Part shown: piece after piece, positions 1 to 9,978 of the stretch
Numbering within the stretch: the stretch's first letter is position 1
Layout of the letters: each line of letters begins with the position of its first letter
NCBI GenBank assembly: GCA_965248355.1
Contig: OZ252098.1
Span: forward strand, 2,912,001-2,976,000
Length of the DNA: 64,000 nt
Direction: 5' to 3'
Origin: Candidatus Latescibacterota bacterium
GTDB taxonomy: Bacteria; Latescibacterota; UBA2968; UBA8231
Translations under genes and position numbers: made by a program
Notes under the pieces: model-generated
The model's database searches: none
Told to the model about the DNA's origin: nothing
What the model saw: the letters and a program-made list of their open reading frames with translations, nothing else

Positions 1-73
1 GGCGTAGGCCGCGGTCCCCGACGCCGAGGGCGGGAACCGGGTGCCGAAGAGCAGGACCCGCGGCGCCTCCCGG

Positions 74-1327
74 TCAGCCACCGGGGGCCGGCTCCCGGGC
101 GCCGGTGGCCGCGATCCAGGCGAAGCGCAGGGCGTGGACCGCCAGGGTCGCCGCCATGGCCCAGGCCATGACCTGGAAGGCGGCGGCCGCGGCCCCGAGA
201 CCGGCGCCGGTGGTGAGGATGAGCAGGTGGACGTTGCGGCGGGCGGCGACGAGGTGGAAGGCGGCGTCGAAGGGCCGGGCGTCGAACAGCTCGTACCCGA
301 AGAGGGCCTTGAAGCCGCCGCTGAAGAGCTTGTCGAGGAGAAAGGCGGACACCAGCGTCCAGCAGGCGGCGGCGGCCGGCGACGGGGTCAGCAGCCGCCC
401 GTCGCCCAGGTGCCACCCGAGGGCGGCGAACCACAGCCCGAGGCCGGGTATGGCGGAGGCGTGCTCGAAGCCGCCCATCCGGTCACTCCGGTTGACGGTC
501 AGCCGGGCGAGCTTGCCGTCCACCGAGTCGAGGAGGACGCCGGCCCAGGCGCACAGGATCCCGGCCCCCAGGCGCCCGGCGGCGAAGCAGGGGACGGCCG
601 CCCAGATGCCGAGGACGGAGAGCAGGGTCAGCAGGTTGGGCGGCACCGTGGTCCGGCTCAGGCCCCGGGTGAGGAAGCGCACGAGGTGGTAGTAGCCGTA
701 GCGGGCGACGACGTCGATGACCCCCTTGAAGGTGCGGTGGAACATGAGCCGGTCGATCGGGCGCAGCTGCCGCGGATCGTCCAGGCGGATCAGGAAGGGG
801 GCCATGGTGAGCCGCAGCTCCGGGACATAGCCCTCGAGGTCCCCTGCCTCCACGACCCGCAGCGGAGCGCCGGGACCCGGCTCCCAGGGTCCGCCGCCGG
901 CCGGCTGGGCCAGCAAGGCCGCCGAGGGCAGATGGGCCGCCGCGGCGCCCTCGCCGCGGACAACGCATCCGGGGCCGGCGGCCAGCAGGTGGTCGAGAAC
1001 CCGGTCGTCGACCACGGCGTCGCCCTCCAGGAACAGGACCGGTCCGTCCACGTGGTCCGCCAGCCAGCGGCGGGCCTCCGGGGAGCCGGCCACCTCCACG
1101 AGACGGCGCTGCTGCGGGTGCAGGCGGTCCAGATCGGGGCGGAAGCGGGCCACCGCGGCGGCGGTCTCCGGGGTCACGCAGATCACGGCGCGGCGCAGGC
1201 CGCGGCGGGAGCCCTCGCGCAGGAGCCGCTCCGCGAGGCTCATCCCCCAGAGGCGCCAGCCGGCGGCCCCTCGGGTGGCGTCGATGCACAGGGTCGGCGG
1301 CGGGGCCGGCGCCGCGGGATCGTCCAT
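74..1327 (-). CDS. CDP-alcohol phosphatidyltransferase family protein with N-terminal nucleotidyltransferase-like domain
   Basis: LDSVDGKLAR motif followed by TM helices; N-terminal 'LWGMSLAERLL...FLEGDAVVD' resembles an NTP-transferase-like domain; start trimmed to ATG 1327 (MDDPAAP). Confidence 0.8.
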   Translation of the reverse strand: MDDPAAPAPPPTLCIDATRGAAGWRLWGMSLAERLLREGSRRGLRRAVICVTPETAAAVARFRPDLDRLHPQQRRLVEVAGSPEARRWLADHVDGPVLFLEGDAVVDDRVLDHLLAAGPGCVVRGEGAAAAHLPSAALLAQPAGGGPWEPGPGAPLRVVEAGDLEGYVPELRLTMAPFLIRLDDPRQLRPIDRLMFHRTFKGVIDVVARYGYYHLVRFLTRGLSRTTVPPNLLTLLSVLGIWAAVPCFAAGRLGAGILCAWAGVLLDSVDGKLARLTVNRSDRMGGFEHASAIPGLGLWFAALGWHLGDGRLLTPSPAAAACWTLVSAFLLDKLFSGGFKALFGYELFDARPFDAAFHLVAARRNVHLLILTTGAGLGAAAAAFQVMAWAMAATLAVHALRFAWIAATGAREPAPGG

Positions 1328-1449
1328 GGGGGGAAGGTGGGGCCGGGGGCGGGGTCCGGGCAACCGGGACCGCAGGCGGCCCGAGGCTTTCCGCAAGGCG
1401 GTCCGGTGCGGCCCTTGAGCATGGATGCCCGCCTTCGTAGAGTGCGCCC

Positions 1450-2043
1450 ATGGAACCGACCGAACGACCATCGCGCGCGCCTCTTCCCGACCCGGGCTCC
1501 GTGCGCCGCCTCGGGCTGATCCTGGTCCTCGTCTCCCTGTCCACGTTCTTCGCGGCCGGGCTGGCCGTGTTCGTCTTCAGCCACCAGTCGCGTCCCTCCC
1601 AGGACAGCCTCTCCCTGCCTCCCGTCCTGTGGCTGTCGACGCTGCTGCTGCTGCTGTCGGGCATGGCCGTGGAGGGGGCCGCCCGTCAGGCCCGCCGGGC
1701 GCGGCTCTCCGAGGTCGGCCGCTGGCTGCGCGTCGGCTTCGTCCTCGGCCTGCTCTTCACCCTGGCCCAGGCCCTCGGCATGGCCTCCCTGCTGGCCCAG
1801 CACGAGTCATCGCTGACCACGGGCGCCTTCATCGGCCTGGCGGGCCTCACCTTCGCCCTCGTCCTCATCCACGCCCTTCACGTGGCCGCGGGCCTGGTCC
1901 TGCTGGGCCTGCTGGCGGTGCGGGCGGGCCTGGACAGCCTCGGGCTGGAGCACCTGCCCGCGGTGCGCAGCGCCGCCGCCTACTGGCACTTCCTCGAGAT
2001 CGTCTGGGTGGTGCTGCTGATCGCCTTCTACGCCGCAGGCTGA
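1450..2043 (+). CDS. Cytochrome c oxidase subunit III family protein (stand-alone)
   Basis: 5 TM helices, HALHV and YWHFLEIVW motifs. Confidence 0.85.
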   Translation: MEPTERPSRAPLPDPGSVRRLGLILVLVSLSTFFAAGLAVFVFSHQSRPSQDSLSLPPVLWLSTLLLLLSGMAVEGAARQARRARLSEVGRWLRVGFVLGLLFTLAQALGMASLLAQHESSLTTGAFIGLAGLTFALVLIHALHVAAGLVLLGLLAVRAGLDSLGLEHLPAVRSAAAYWHFLEIVWVVLLIAFYAAG

Positions 2044-2118
2044 CCGCGGTCGAGACGGCCGCGGCTCCGGTGCGGGGACCCCCGGGCCGGGCTCGGGGGG
2101 GATGCCCCCCGGGGCGGC

Positions 2119-3144
2119 TCACGGCGTCGGCGCGTCCGCCCGGATCAGGCCCTCCGACTTCAGCTCCGCCCACAGCTCCGCCGGGATCGGGCGGCTCCAC
2201 GAGTCCAGGTTCGACCGCACCTGCCCGGGATGCACGGCGCCGGGGATCACCGCCGACACCAGGGGATGGGCGAGAGGGAACTGGATGGCCGCCGCCGGCA
2301 GCGGCACGTCGTGGCGCTCGCAGACCGCCTGGATGCGGCCGGCCTTCTCGAGGATCTCGGGCGGCGCCGGGCCGTAGGCGTACACGGCGCCCTCCTTCGG
2401 GCCCGTGACCAGGATCCCGGAGGCGAAGGGGGCGCCGATGACAACGCTGACGCCGCGCTCCTGGCAGAGGGGGAACTCCGCGTCGAGCACGTCCTGGTCG
2501 AGCAACGTGTAGGGCATGGCGACGATGAAGAAGTCGAGATCGACCAGGTCGAGCAGCCGCGGGATGGCGGCGCGCACGTTGATGCCGGCGCCGATGGCGC
2601 CGATGCGCCCGTCGCGGCGCAGCTCCTCGAGGGCCCGGGCGCCGCTGGCGTAGAGCTGTCCCTCGTGGGCGGAGAGGCGCTTGTCGGTGGTCTGCACGAG
2701 GCTGTCGAGGTCGTGCACCAGCAGCAGGTCCACCGACGGCAGGCCCAGGCGCAAAAGGCTGTCCTCCCACGAGCGCATGACCCCGTCGTAGGTGTAGTCG
2801 TAGTGGAACTCGAAGGGCAGTCCGCCGCTCCAGACGCCGGGGTCGAAACGCTCCAGGTCGCGGACCGCCTTGAAGACGCGGCCCACCTTGGTGGACAGCA
2901 CGAACCGCGACCGCTCCCGCCGCCGCAGGAAGTCGCCCGTGCGGTGCTCGGAGAGGCCGTACCCGTAGTACGGCGCGGTGTCGTAGAGGCGCATGCCGCC
3001 CTCCCAGGCCGCGGCCAGCGTCGCCTGCGCCTGGTCGTCGGGGACGCGCTCGAACAACTGGCCGAGGTGGGCGCCGCCGAAACCGACCTCGGTGACGGTC
3101 ACCCCGGTGCGCCCGAGGCTGCGTTGGGAGAGAGTCTTCGTCAT
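2119..3144 (-). CDS. Aldo/keto reductase (D-threo-aldose dehydrogenase-like)
   Basis: GFGGA, YDTAPYYGYGLSE, LSTKVGR, LLVHD, IPGA motifs. Confidence 0.9.
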   Translation of the reverse strand: MTKTLSQRSLGRTGVTVTEVGFGGAHLGQLFERVPDDQAQATLAAAWEGGMRLYDTAPYYGYGLSEHRTGDFLRRRERSRFVLSTKVGRVFKAVRDLERFDPGVWSGGLPFEFHYDYTYDGVMRSWEDSLLRLGLPSVDLLLVHDLDSLVQTTDKRLSAHEGQLYASGARALEELRRDGRIGAIGAGINVRAAIPRLLDLVDLDFFIVAMPYTLLDQDVLDAEFPLCQERGVSVVIGAPFASGILVTGPKEGAVYAYGPAPPEILEKAGRIQAVCERHDVPLPAAAIQFPLAHPLVSAVIPGAVHPGQVRSNLDSWSRPIPAELWAELKSEGLIRADAPTP

Positions 3145-3165
3145 CGGATCCTCACTCAAAGGGAG

Positions 3166-5082
3166 TCACGAACGAAACGTAATCAAGTAAACGAGCCCGG
3201 GGTCGGAGGACCCCTCGACGACTACTCCATCAGGAGCACGCTTCACCGTCTCCGGGCCATCGCCCTGCCACAGGCGCGCGAAGTACAGGCCGCCCGCCCG
3301 CCGGCGCCGCGCGGCATCCCAGTAGACCCGGTGCGCGCCAGCCGTCCGGTACCCGTCGATCAGCGTGGCGATGCGTTGGCCCAGGAGGTTGAAGATCTGC
3401 AGGCGCACGGAGCCGGGCTCCTCGAGCCGATAGCCGATGGTGGTGCCGGCGTTGAAGGGATTGGGGGCGCTGCTCAGCGGTGCGGAGACCCCGGCCTCCT
3501 CCTGGTGAACGGCGACGAAGGTAGCGGTCCGCCTCTGGTGCCAGTCCAGGGCTCCGGCCAGATCGGCCTGTCCGTGACCCCACAGGTTGTTGGGCGCGGG
3601 CATCTCGCCGATGGCGCGGGCGGAACCGGCGAAGGCCTCGTAGACCTCCTGGCGGGTCGCCTCGGGGAACCGTTGCAGAAAGGCGGCGATCAGGCCCGAG
3701 ACCCTCGCCGCCGCCAGGCTCGTGCCCAGATCCCAGACATACTCCTGCCCGCCTTCGATGCCGGGCCCCCAGCCCATGCCCGGTGCGACGAGATCCGGCT
3801 TGACCCGGCCGGCCGGCGAGGGCCCCCGGGCCGAGAGCGGGAGCAGCCGGCCCTGACCCAGCCCCGGATACAAGGCCAGCAAGTGGTTCCGCAGCTCCTT
3901 GTAGAACCGCGGATCTTCGTCGAGGGCGCCCCGGCCCGTGGTGTCGGCGAGACCGCCCACGGCGATGACCTGCGGCAGAACGGCCGGATACACGATCGTC
4001 GAGTAGAGGTCCATGGGCCGATAGCCGGGCAGGGAGGCGAAGCGATCCTCTTCCCGACCGTATCCACGCAAGGCCCGCGCCTGCAACATGCCTTCGCCGC
4101 GCGCGGCCAACAGGTAGGGGTCCCCGCCCCATTCGTACCCGGGATCGTCCAGGGTCGCGCTGAGGAACTCGTGGTCGCCATCCCTGACCAGGTCCATGAG
4201 CGGTGAGTCCCGGAGGAGACGCCATCTCACCGTAACCCCGTTCTCCAGGGTGTCCGAGGCCATCGTCGATCCGCGGAGGGTCTCCACCCGCCTCCACGAC
4301 AGCCCCTCCATCGATCGGCCGAGGCCGAGCTCCACGTCCGAGCCCTCCCGGAGCCACAGGTCGAGGTGAAGCCTGGATGGATCCCCCGGCCTCCCGAGCA
4401 AGTCGTCCGGATGCAGAGTGGTGAAGACGGGCGCCTCGCCGAGGACGACCTCCCAGTGGAGGCGGGTGCCGTCCCCGTAGATGAAGGGGGCGAGGAGATT
4501 GCCCGCCGCGGCGACGATGATGCGGCGGTCGTCGGCCGCCAGCAGACGGCCCAGCCGGGCGACCTCCTGCTTCGGCTCGTCGGTGTAGATGCTGAAGTTG
4601 ACCACCGCCCGGCGCCCCAGGGCCTCGGCCTTGCCGAAGACGTAGCCGGCGGCGTCGGTCAGGGAGGTGAAGCTGGAGACGAAGATGATGTCGGCTTCGG
4701 GAGCCGTGCCCGGTACCCGGGCCCCGGGCCACGCCGAACCCGCCGCCAGTCCCGCCATCATCGTGCCGTGATCGGCCGCCAGGTCCCCGAAGAGCCAGTC
4801 GATGCCGGAATCGGGGCCGGCGGGAGGGGATTCGCCGGCATCCCGCAGGGCGGCCTCGATCGCCTCCCGGTCCCACTCCCGGCCTTCGGCCCGCAGGTAG
4901 AGCACGCGGCTGCGGTCCGGGTTTCGTGGATCCCGGAAGGCTTCGTGACGCCAGTTCAGCCCGTTGTCGACGATGCCGACGATCACGCCGCGGCCCGTGG
5001 GCAGGTCGGCGTGCAGCGGCGGCAGGCAGAGCAGCAGGAGCAGCGGCGCCATGGCGGCGCAAGGCCCGCGCGGGGATCCCAT
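3166..5082 (-). CDS. Secreted S8 (subtilisin-like) peptidase with FlgD-Ig/T9SS-like C-terminal domain
   Basis: Signal peptide; triad IVDNG / DHGTMMAG / GTSLAAA, AAAGN; C-terminal PNPFNAGTTIGYRL...IFNLLGQRIATL; start 5082 or 5052. Confidence 0.85.
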   Translation of the reverse strand: MGSPRGPCAAMAPLLLLLCLPPLHADLPTGRGVIVGIVDNGLNWRHEAFRDPRNPDRSRVLYLRAEGREWDREAIEAALRDAGESPPAGPDSGIDWLFGDLAADHGTMMAGLAAGSAWPGARVPGTAPEADIIFVSSFTSLTDAAGYVFGKAEALGRRAVVNFSIYTDEPKQEVARLGRLLAADDRRIIVAAAGNLLAPFIYGDGTRLHWEVVLGEAPVFTTLHPDDLLGRPGDPSRLHLDLWLREGSDVELGLGRSMEGLSWRRVETLRGSTMASDTLENGVTVRWRLLRDSPLMDLVRDGDHEFLSATLDDPGYEWGGDPYLLAARGEGMLQARALRGYGREEDRFASLPGYRPMDLYSTIVYPAVLPQVIAVGGLADTTGRGALDEDPRFYKELRNHLLALYPGLGQGRLLPLSARGPSPAGRVKPDLVAPGMGWGPGIEGGQEYVWDLGTSLAAARVSGLIAAFLQRFPEATRQEVYEAFAGSARAIGEMPAPNNLWGHGQADLAGALDWHQRRTATFVAVHQEEAGVSAPLSSAPNPFNAGTTIGYRLEEPGSVRLQIFNLLGQRIATLIDGYRTAGAHRVYWDAARRRRAGGLYFARLWQGDGPETVKRAPDGVVVEGSSDPGLVYLITFRS

Positions 5083-5166
5083 CCTGGGGTTGCCTTCCCT
5101 GTTTGGGGCGCTCGCCGCGCCCGGGTTACATTCCCCGAACCCGGTCAAACATACGACGGAGCGGAT

Positions 5167-6294
5167 ATGGATCTGCACCAAAGGTACGGACTGCGGCGCG
5201 TGATCAACGCCTGCGGCAAGATGACCCACCTGGGGGGCGCCATCGTGCTGCCCGAGATCGCCGCGGCCGCGGCCGAGTCGATGCGCCACTTCTTCGTCCT
5301 CGACGAGCTGCAGGCCGCCGCCGGCCGCGTCATCGCCGCCTCCTCCGGCGCCGAGAGCGGCTGCGTCACCGCCTGCAGCGCCGCCGGCCTCACCCTCGGC
5401 GTGGCCGCCTCGATGACGGGCGCGAACCTGCCCAAGGTCCTGCAGCTGCCGGACACCACCGGCCTGCCCGACCGGGTGCTGATCCAGAAGGGGCACTGCG
5501 TCAACTACGGCCAGCCCGTGACCCAGGCGATCCGCCTGGCCGGGGCCCGCCCCGTGGAGCTGGGGTCCGTCAACCGCTGCACCGAGGCCGAGCTGCTGGA
5601 GGGGCTGGCCGGCGAGGGCGTGACCGCGGTGCTCCACATCGAGTCCTTCCACACGGTGCGCTTCGGCTGGGTGCCGCTGCCCCGCGTCGTCGCCCTGGCC
5701 CACGAGCACGGCGTGCCCGTCATCGTCGACGGCGCCGCCCAGGACCTGCGCCTGCGCGAGCTGATCGCCGCCGGCGCCGACCTGGTGATCACCAGCGGCC
5801 ACAAGTTCCTGTGCTCCACCACCGGAGGGATCGTCGCCGGCCGCAAGGCCCTGGTGGACGCCGTCTACCTGCAGAACCGCGGCATCGGCCGCCCCATGAA
5901 GGCCGGCAAGGAGGCGATCACCGGCGCCATGGCGGCCCTCGAGTACCGCGAGTCCCAGGACGTGGCCGCCTGGACGGCCGAGCAGGACCGCCGCGTGCGC
6001 CGCATCCTCGACCGCCTGGCGCCGGTGCCGGGACTGGCCCTGTCCGTCGAACCCGACGCCAACGGCTGCCCCTTCTCGCGGGCCCGCCTGACGCCCGATC
6101 CCGACACCACCGGGCACACGGCCGCCTCCCTGACCCAGGCGCTGGCGGAGGGCGATCCCACCGTCGTCGCCCGCGCCCACCACGTCGATCAGGGCTACAT
6201 CTTCCTGGACGCCATCGAGATGACGGACGAGGAGATCGACTTCGCCTGCCACAAGGTGGAGCGCATCCTCACGGAGAAGAGACCGGCCTCGTGA
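5167..6294 (+). CDS. SelA-like PLP-dependent enzyme (D-glucosaminate-6-P ammonia-lyase-like)
   Basis: RRVINACGKMTHLGG, IVDGAA, TSGHKFL (PLP Lys), GIGRPMKAGKE. Confidence 0.85.
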   Translation: MDLHQRYGLRRVINACGKMTHLGGAIVLPEIAAAAAESMRHFFVLDELQAAAGRVIAASSGAESGCVTACSAAGLTLGVAASMTGANLPKVLQLPDTTGLPDRVLIQKGHCVNYGQPVTQAIRLAGARPVELGSVNRCTEAELLEGLAGEGVTAVLHIESFHTVRFGWVPLPRVVALAHEHGVPVIVDGAAQDLRLRELIAAGADLVITSGHKFLCSTTGGIVAGRKALVDAVYLQNRGIGRPMKAGKEAITGAMAALEYRESQDVAAWTAEQDRRVRRILDRLAPVPGLALSVEPDANGCPFSRARLTPDPDTTGHTAASLTQALAEGDPTVVARAHHVDQGYIFLDAIEMTDEEIDFACHKVERILTEKRPAS

Positions 6295-7037
6295 AGGTCC
6301 TGCTCGTGGGCGGCTCCGGCCACGTGGGCACCATGGTCACGCCCCACCTGCGGCAGGCCCACGAGCTGCGCGTCCTCGACCTGGCGCCGCCGGCCCACGA
6401 CGTCGACTTCGTCGAGGGCTCCATCGCCGATCCCGAGGCCCTGGCCCGGGCCCTGGACGGCATGGACAGCTTCATCACCATGGTGATGAAGGGCGGCCAG
6501 GGGGGCCTCTCCCGCGACCACACACCGCAACTGGTCATCGACAACTACACCGTCAACTGCCTCGGCCTGCACCTGCTGCTGCTGACCGCCCACGGCCTGG
6601 GCATCCACCGCGGCCTCCACACCGGCACCATGAGCCAGCACCACCGCGGCCGGGAATGGTACCCCGGCGAGGACCACGTCCCCCTCGACGGACCCAACGT
6701 CTACGGCCTCACCAAGGGCCTGGCCGAGAGCATCTGCCGCTACTTCGCCCGCGAGTTCCAGATGAACCTGGCCGTCTTCCGCATCACCGGGCCGTCGACG
6801 CGGGAAGACTTCATCGAGCGCCGCAACGCCCCGCCCGTGGCCGGCGTCGTGCCCACCGACGAGGAGGACCTCGCCCGGGCCTACCTGGCCGGCCTCGACT
6901 TCGTGCGCGAGGGCCGCGGCCGCTTCGACGCCTTCTTCATCGCCGGCGACGAGAACCACCGGGAGGTCAACCTCTCCAAGGCCAGGGCCCTGCTCGGCTG
7001 GGAGCCGAGGAGCCACCGGCTGCTGGATTGCCGATGA
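6291..7037 (+). CDS. NAD-dependent epimerase/dehydratase (extended SDR)
   Basis: GTG start overlapping upstream stop; GGSGHVG Rossmann motif, YGLTK. Confidence 0.85.
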   Translation: MKVLLVGGSGHVGTMVTPHLRQAHELRVLDLAPPAHDVDFVEGSIADPEALARALDGMDSFITMVMKGGQGGLSRDHTPQLVIDNYTVNCLGLHLLLLTAHGLGIHRGLHTGTMSQHHRGREWYPGEDHVPLDGPNVYGLTKGLAESICRYFAREFQMNLAVFRITGPSTREDFIERRNAPPVAGVVPTDEEDLARAYLAGLDFVREGRGRFDAFFIAGDENHREVNLSKARALLGWEPRSHRLLDCR

Positions 7038-8140
7038 GTCTTCCCACAGTTGGCCAGCCGGCGCCACCGATCGAGGTGGCTGAATGGATCGCCGGCAGAC
7101 CGGAAGGCGAGGATGTGCTTTCCGGGAGAAATGTGATCCTTGAATTCTGGGGGACCCATTGTGGGCCTTGCATAAGCGCCATCCCTCACCTCAATGAACT
7201 CGCCTCCACCTATGGAGGTCCGGACACCCTGTTCGTCTCGCTGAGCCCGGAGGACTCCCCCACCATAGAGCGCTTCCTGGAGAAGCGGCCCATCAAGGGC
7301 TCGGTCGCTGTCGATCGCGAGCGCGCGACCTTTGACGCCTACCGGATACGCGGCATCCCTCACACCTTCATCATCGACTCCAACGGTCTGCTTCGCTGGC
7401 ACGGCCATCCCAATCTCCTTACGGCGGAACTGCTGGAGACGTTCCTGCGCACGGACCAGGTTCCCGAGGTGGCCGAACCAGCCGCCGCGCCGGAGACCGT
7501 GCCCGCCGAAGCACCGGATGCTCCCTTCTTCCTGCGGATCAACCGGAATGCTTCCGACCGCAGGGAATCGAGTTCAGGTTTCGGCGAGGGGCGATTCGAG
7601 ACCGAGTTACACGGTCGCCGGGTGGTGGAGGTGATCCGCGACCTGCTGGATCACCCCCGCTCCCGGCTCCGGATCGAGGGGCAGGAGCCGGAGGACCTGT
7701 GGGACCTGGAGTTGCGTTCGACCAGCCCCCTGAAGCCGGAGGCCGCCAGGCAGAGAGCCGTGGACGTCCTCTGCGACCTGTGCGGGATCACGATCTCTCG
7801 CGTGCTGGAAGAGCGGGAAGGGTGGAAGCTGACCTGCCGTCGGCCGCGGATGACGGACATGTCGGAACTGGGCGGCGGCATGTCCACGAGCACATCGGAG
7901 ACGGAGTTCACAGGCTCCAACATCACGATCGATCAGCTCGTAAGTGATCTCGAGAGATCGACGGATCGAATCTTCTTCAACGAGACGCGGCTGCAAGGGA
8001 AGTATGATTTCCTACTGCCTCTCGAAGACCTCGAGCAGACACGGCGCGTGCTGGAAGAGGAGTACGGCCTCGGGGTCGAGGCCGAGGTGCGCGAAGTCGA
8101 GATCGTGACTCTCCGCATCACCGGCGAAGCCATCGCCTGA
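7034..8140 (+). CDS. TlpA/redoxin-domain protein fused to a TIGR03435-like domain
   Basis: EFWGTHCGPC, GIPHTFIID; C-terminal NETRLQGKYDF...LEEEYGL pattern. Confidence 0.7.
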   Translation: MSLPTVGQPAPPIEVAEWIAGRPEGEDVLSGRNVILEFWGTHCGPCISAIPHLNELASTYGGPDTLFVSLSPEDSPTIERFLEKRPIKGSVAVDRERATFDAYRIRGIPHTFIIDSNGLLRWHGHPNLLTAELLETFLRTDQVPEVAEPAAAPETVPAEAPDAPFFLRINRNASDRRESSSGFGEGRFETELHGRRVVEVIRDLLDHPRSRLRIEGQEPEDLWDLELRSTSPLKPEAARQRAVDVLCDLCGITISRVLEEREGWKLTCRRPRMTDMSELGGGMSTSTSETEFTGSNITIDQLVSDLERSTDRIFFNETRLQGKYDFLLPLEDLEQTRRVLEEEYGLGVEAEVREVEIVTLRITGEAIA

Positions 8141-8144
8141 TTCC

Positions 8145-9936
8145 GTGGCCGATTCGATAGCCCAGGCAGCCAGGTACTACCCCCGGTGCCTGCGCCTGAT
8201 CTGGGATGCGACCAGGCTGTACGGCATCCTGGCCGTCGTGGTGAACATGCTCAGCGCCGTGGTCCCGGCGGCCCAGGTCTGGATCACCAAGATCGTCATC
8301 GACAACGTGGCCGGGGCCGTAGGTGGTCCGGCCGACGCCCCGGTGGACTGGGTCGGCCTGCTGATGCCGGTGGCCGGCGTCTTCGGCGTCTGGATCCTCG
8401 GGTCCCTGTGCGGGGCGGCGGCAACCGGGCTGCAGGAGAAGGTCGGGGTCGATGTCAGCAACCACAGCCAGGACCTGATCCTGAGGAAGGCCGCCCGGCT
8501 CGACATCGCTTCGAGAGAAGGCCCGGAGCGAGACCTATCGCGCCCACAACCTCGCCGTCCTCTCCCTGCTGATCGCCTCCTCACTGACCGGGCTGGCCTC
8601 CATGCTGGTCCTGCTGGTCTCGGTCCACTGGGCCGCGCCGATCGTGCTGCTCCTCACGTCGGCGCCGCAGGTGATCGTCGGCGGCCACTACGCCGGCAAG
8701 CGCTTCTCGCTGGTGGGCGCGATGGCGGCCAACCGGCGCATGGCCGAGTACCTGTCGGGGCTGCTCGGCTCTCGCGAGGCCGTCAAGGAGATCCGCATCT
8801 TCGCCTTGCACGAGGAACTGCTGAGGCGCTTCGGCCGCTTCTGGCGGTCGTGGGGAAAGGAGACGATCCGCCTCCGCTTCGCCCAGGAACGCTTCGGTTT
8901 TCTCCTGGGACTGATGACGATGGTGGGGACGGCGTCCATCTGGGCCTACGCCGTGGTGCGGGCCGTGGGCGGCCACATCAGCCTTGGCACCGTGGCCCTG
9001 GCCTTCCAGGCGGCCGAGCAGGGACGGTCGGGATTCTCCAGTCTCTTCAGCAATCTCGGCCTGTTCTACGAGCACACGATCTTCGCCGGCACTCTCTTCC
9101 GCTTCCTCGACCTCGATCCGCGCTCCGTCGACGGGGCGCTGGCACCGCCCCCCGCCTCGCCCGCGCCGGTACCCGAACGACTGACCCAGGGCATCGAGTT
9201 CCGCAACGTCTCCTTTCGTTATCCAGGCTCCGATCGGGATGTGCTGAGGGACGTCTCCTTCGCCGTCGGGGCGCGCGAATCGGCGGCCATCGTCGGGGAG
9301 AACGGCGCCGGCAAGACCACCCTCATCAAGCTCCTGGCCCGGTTCTACGATCCCACGGAGGGCGCCGTCTACCTCGATGGACGGGATCTCCGGGAATACG
9401 ACCTGGCAGACCTTCGCCGCCAGATCGGGGTGATCTTCCAGGACTTCGTGCGATACGGCCTTTCGGCGAAAGAGAACGTCGGCTTCGGCCAGGTGGACCT
9501 CCTCGACGATGCCGCCCGGATCGAGCGCGCCGCCCTCGACGGCGGCGCCGTGGACCTCATCAAGGGCCTGCCGAAGGGATACGACACGGTCCTGGGGAAG
9601 GAGTTCGACGAGGGCGTCGACCTGTCCGGCGGCGAGTGGCAGAAGATCGCCCTGAGCCGTGCCTTCATGAAGGAGGCGCAGATCCTCATCCTGGACGAGC
9701 CCACGGCCGCCCTCGATGCCTTCGCCGAGCAGGATGTGTTCTCGCGCTTCGCCGACCTCACGTCGGACCGGACGGCCATCTTCATATCCCACCGCTTCTC
9801 CACGGTGCGCATGGCCGATCGGATCCTCGTCCTCCAGCAGGGCGAGCTCGTCGAGCAGGGGAGCCACGAGCAGCTCCTGGCCGAGGACGGCAGGTACGCG
9901 CGGATGTTCAACACTCAGGCGGAGCGCTATCGGTAG
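8145..9936 (+). pseudogene. ABC transporter ATP-binding/permease, frameshifted by a short deletion near 8510
   Basis: Frame from 8145 reads a TMD start to 'AARLDIA'; the continuation 'EKARSETYRAHNL...' is in the 8602 frame; GENGAGKTT, LSGGEWQK, LDEPT intact. Confidence 0.75.
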
Positions 9937-9978
9937 GCGCGGCCCGGCGGAGCCGCCCCGCCACAGAGGAGGAGAGCC

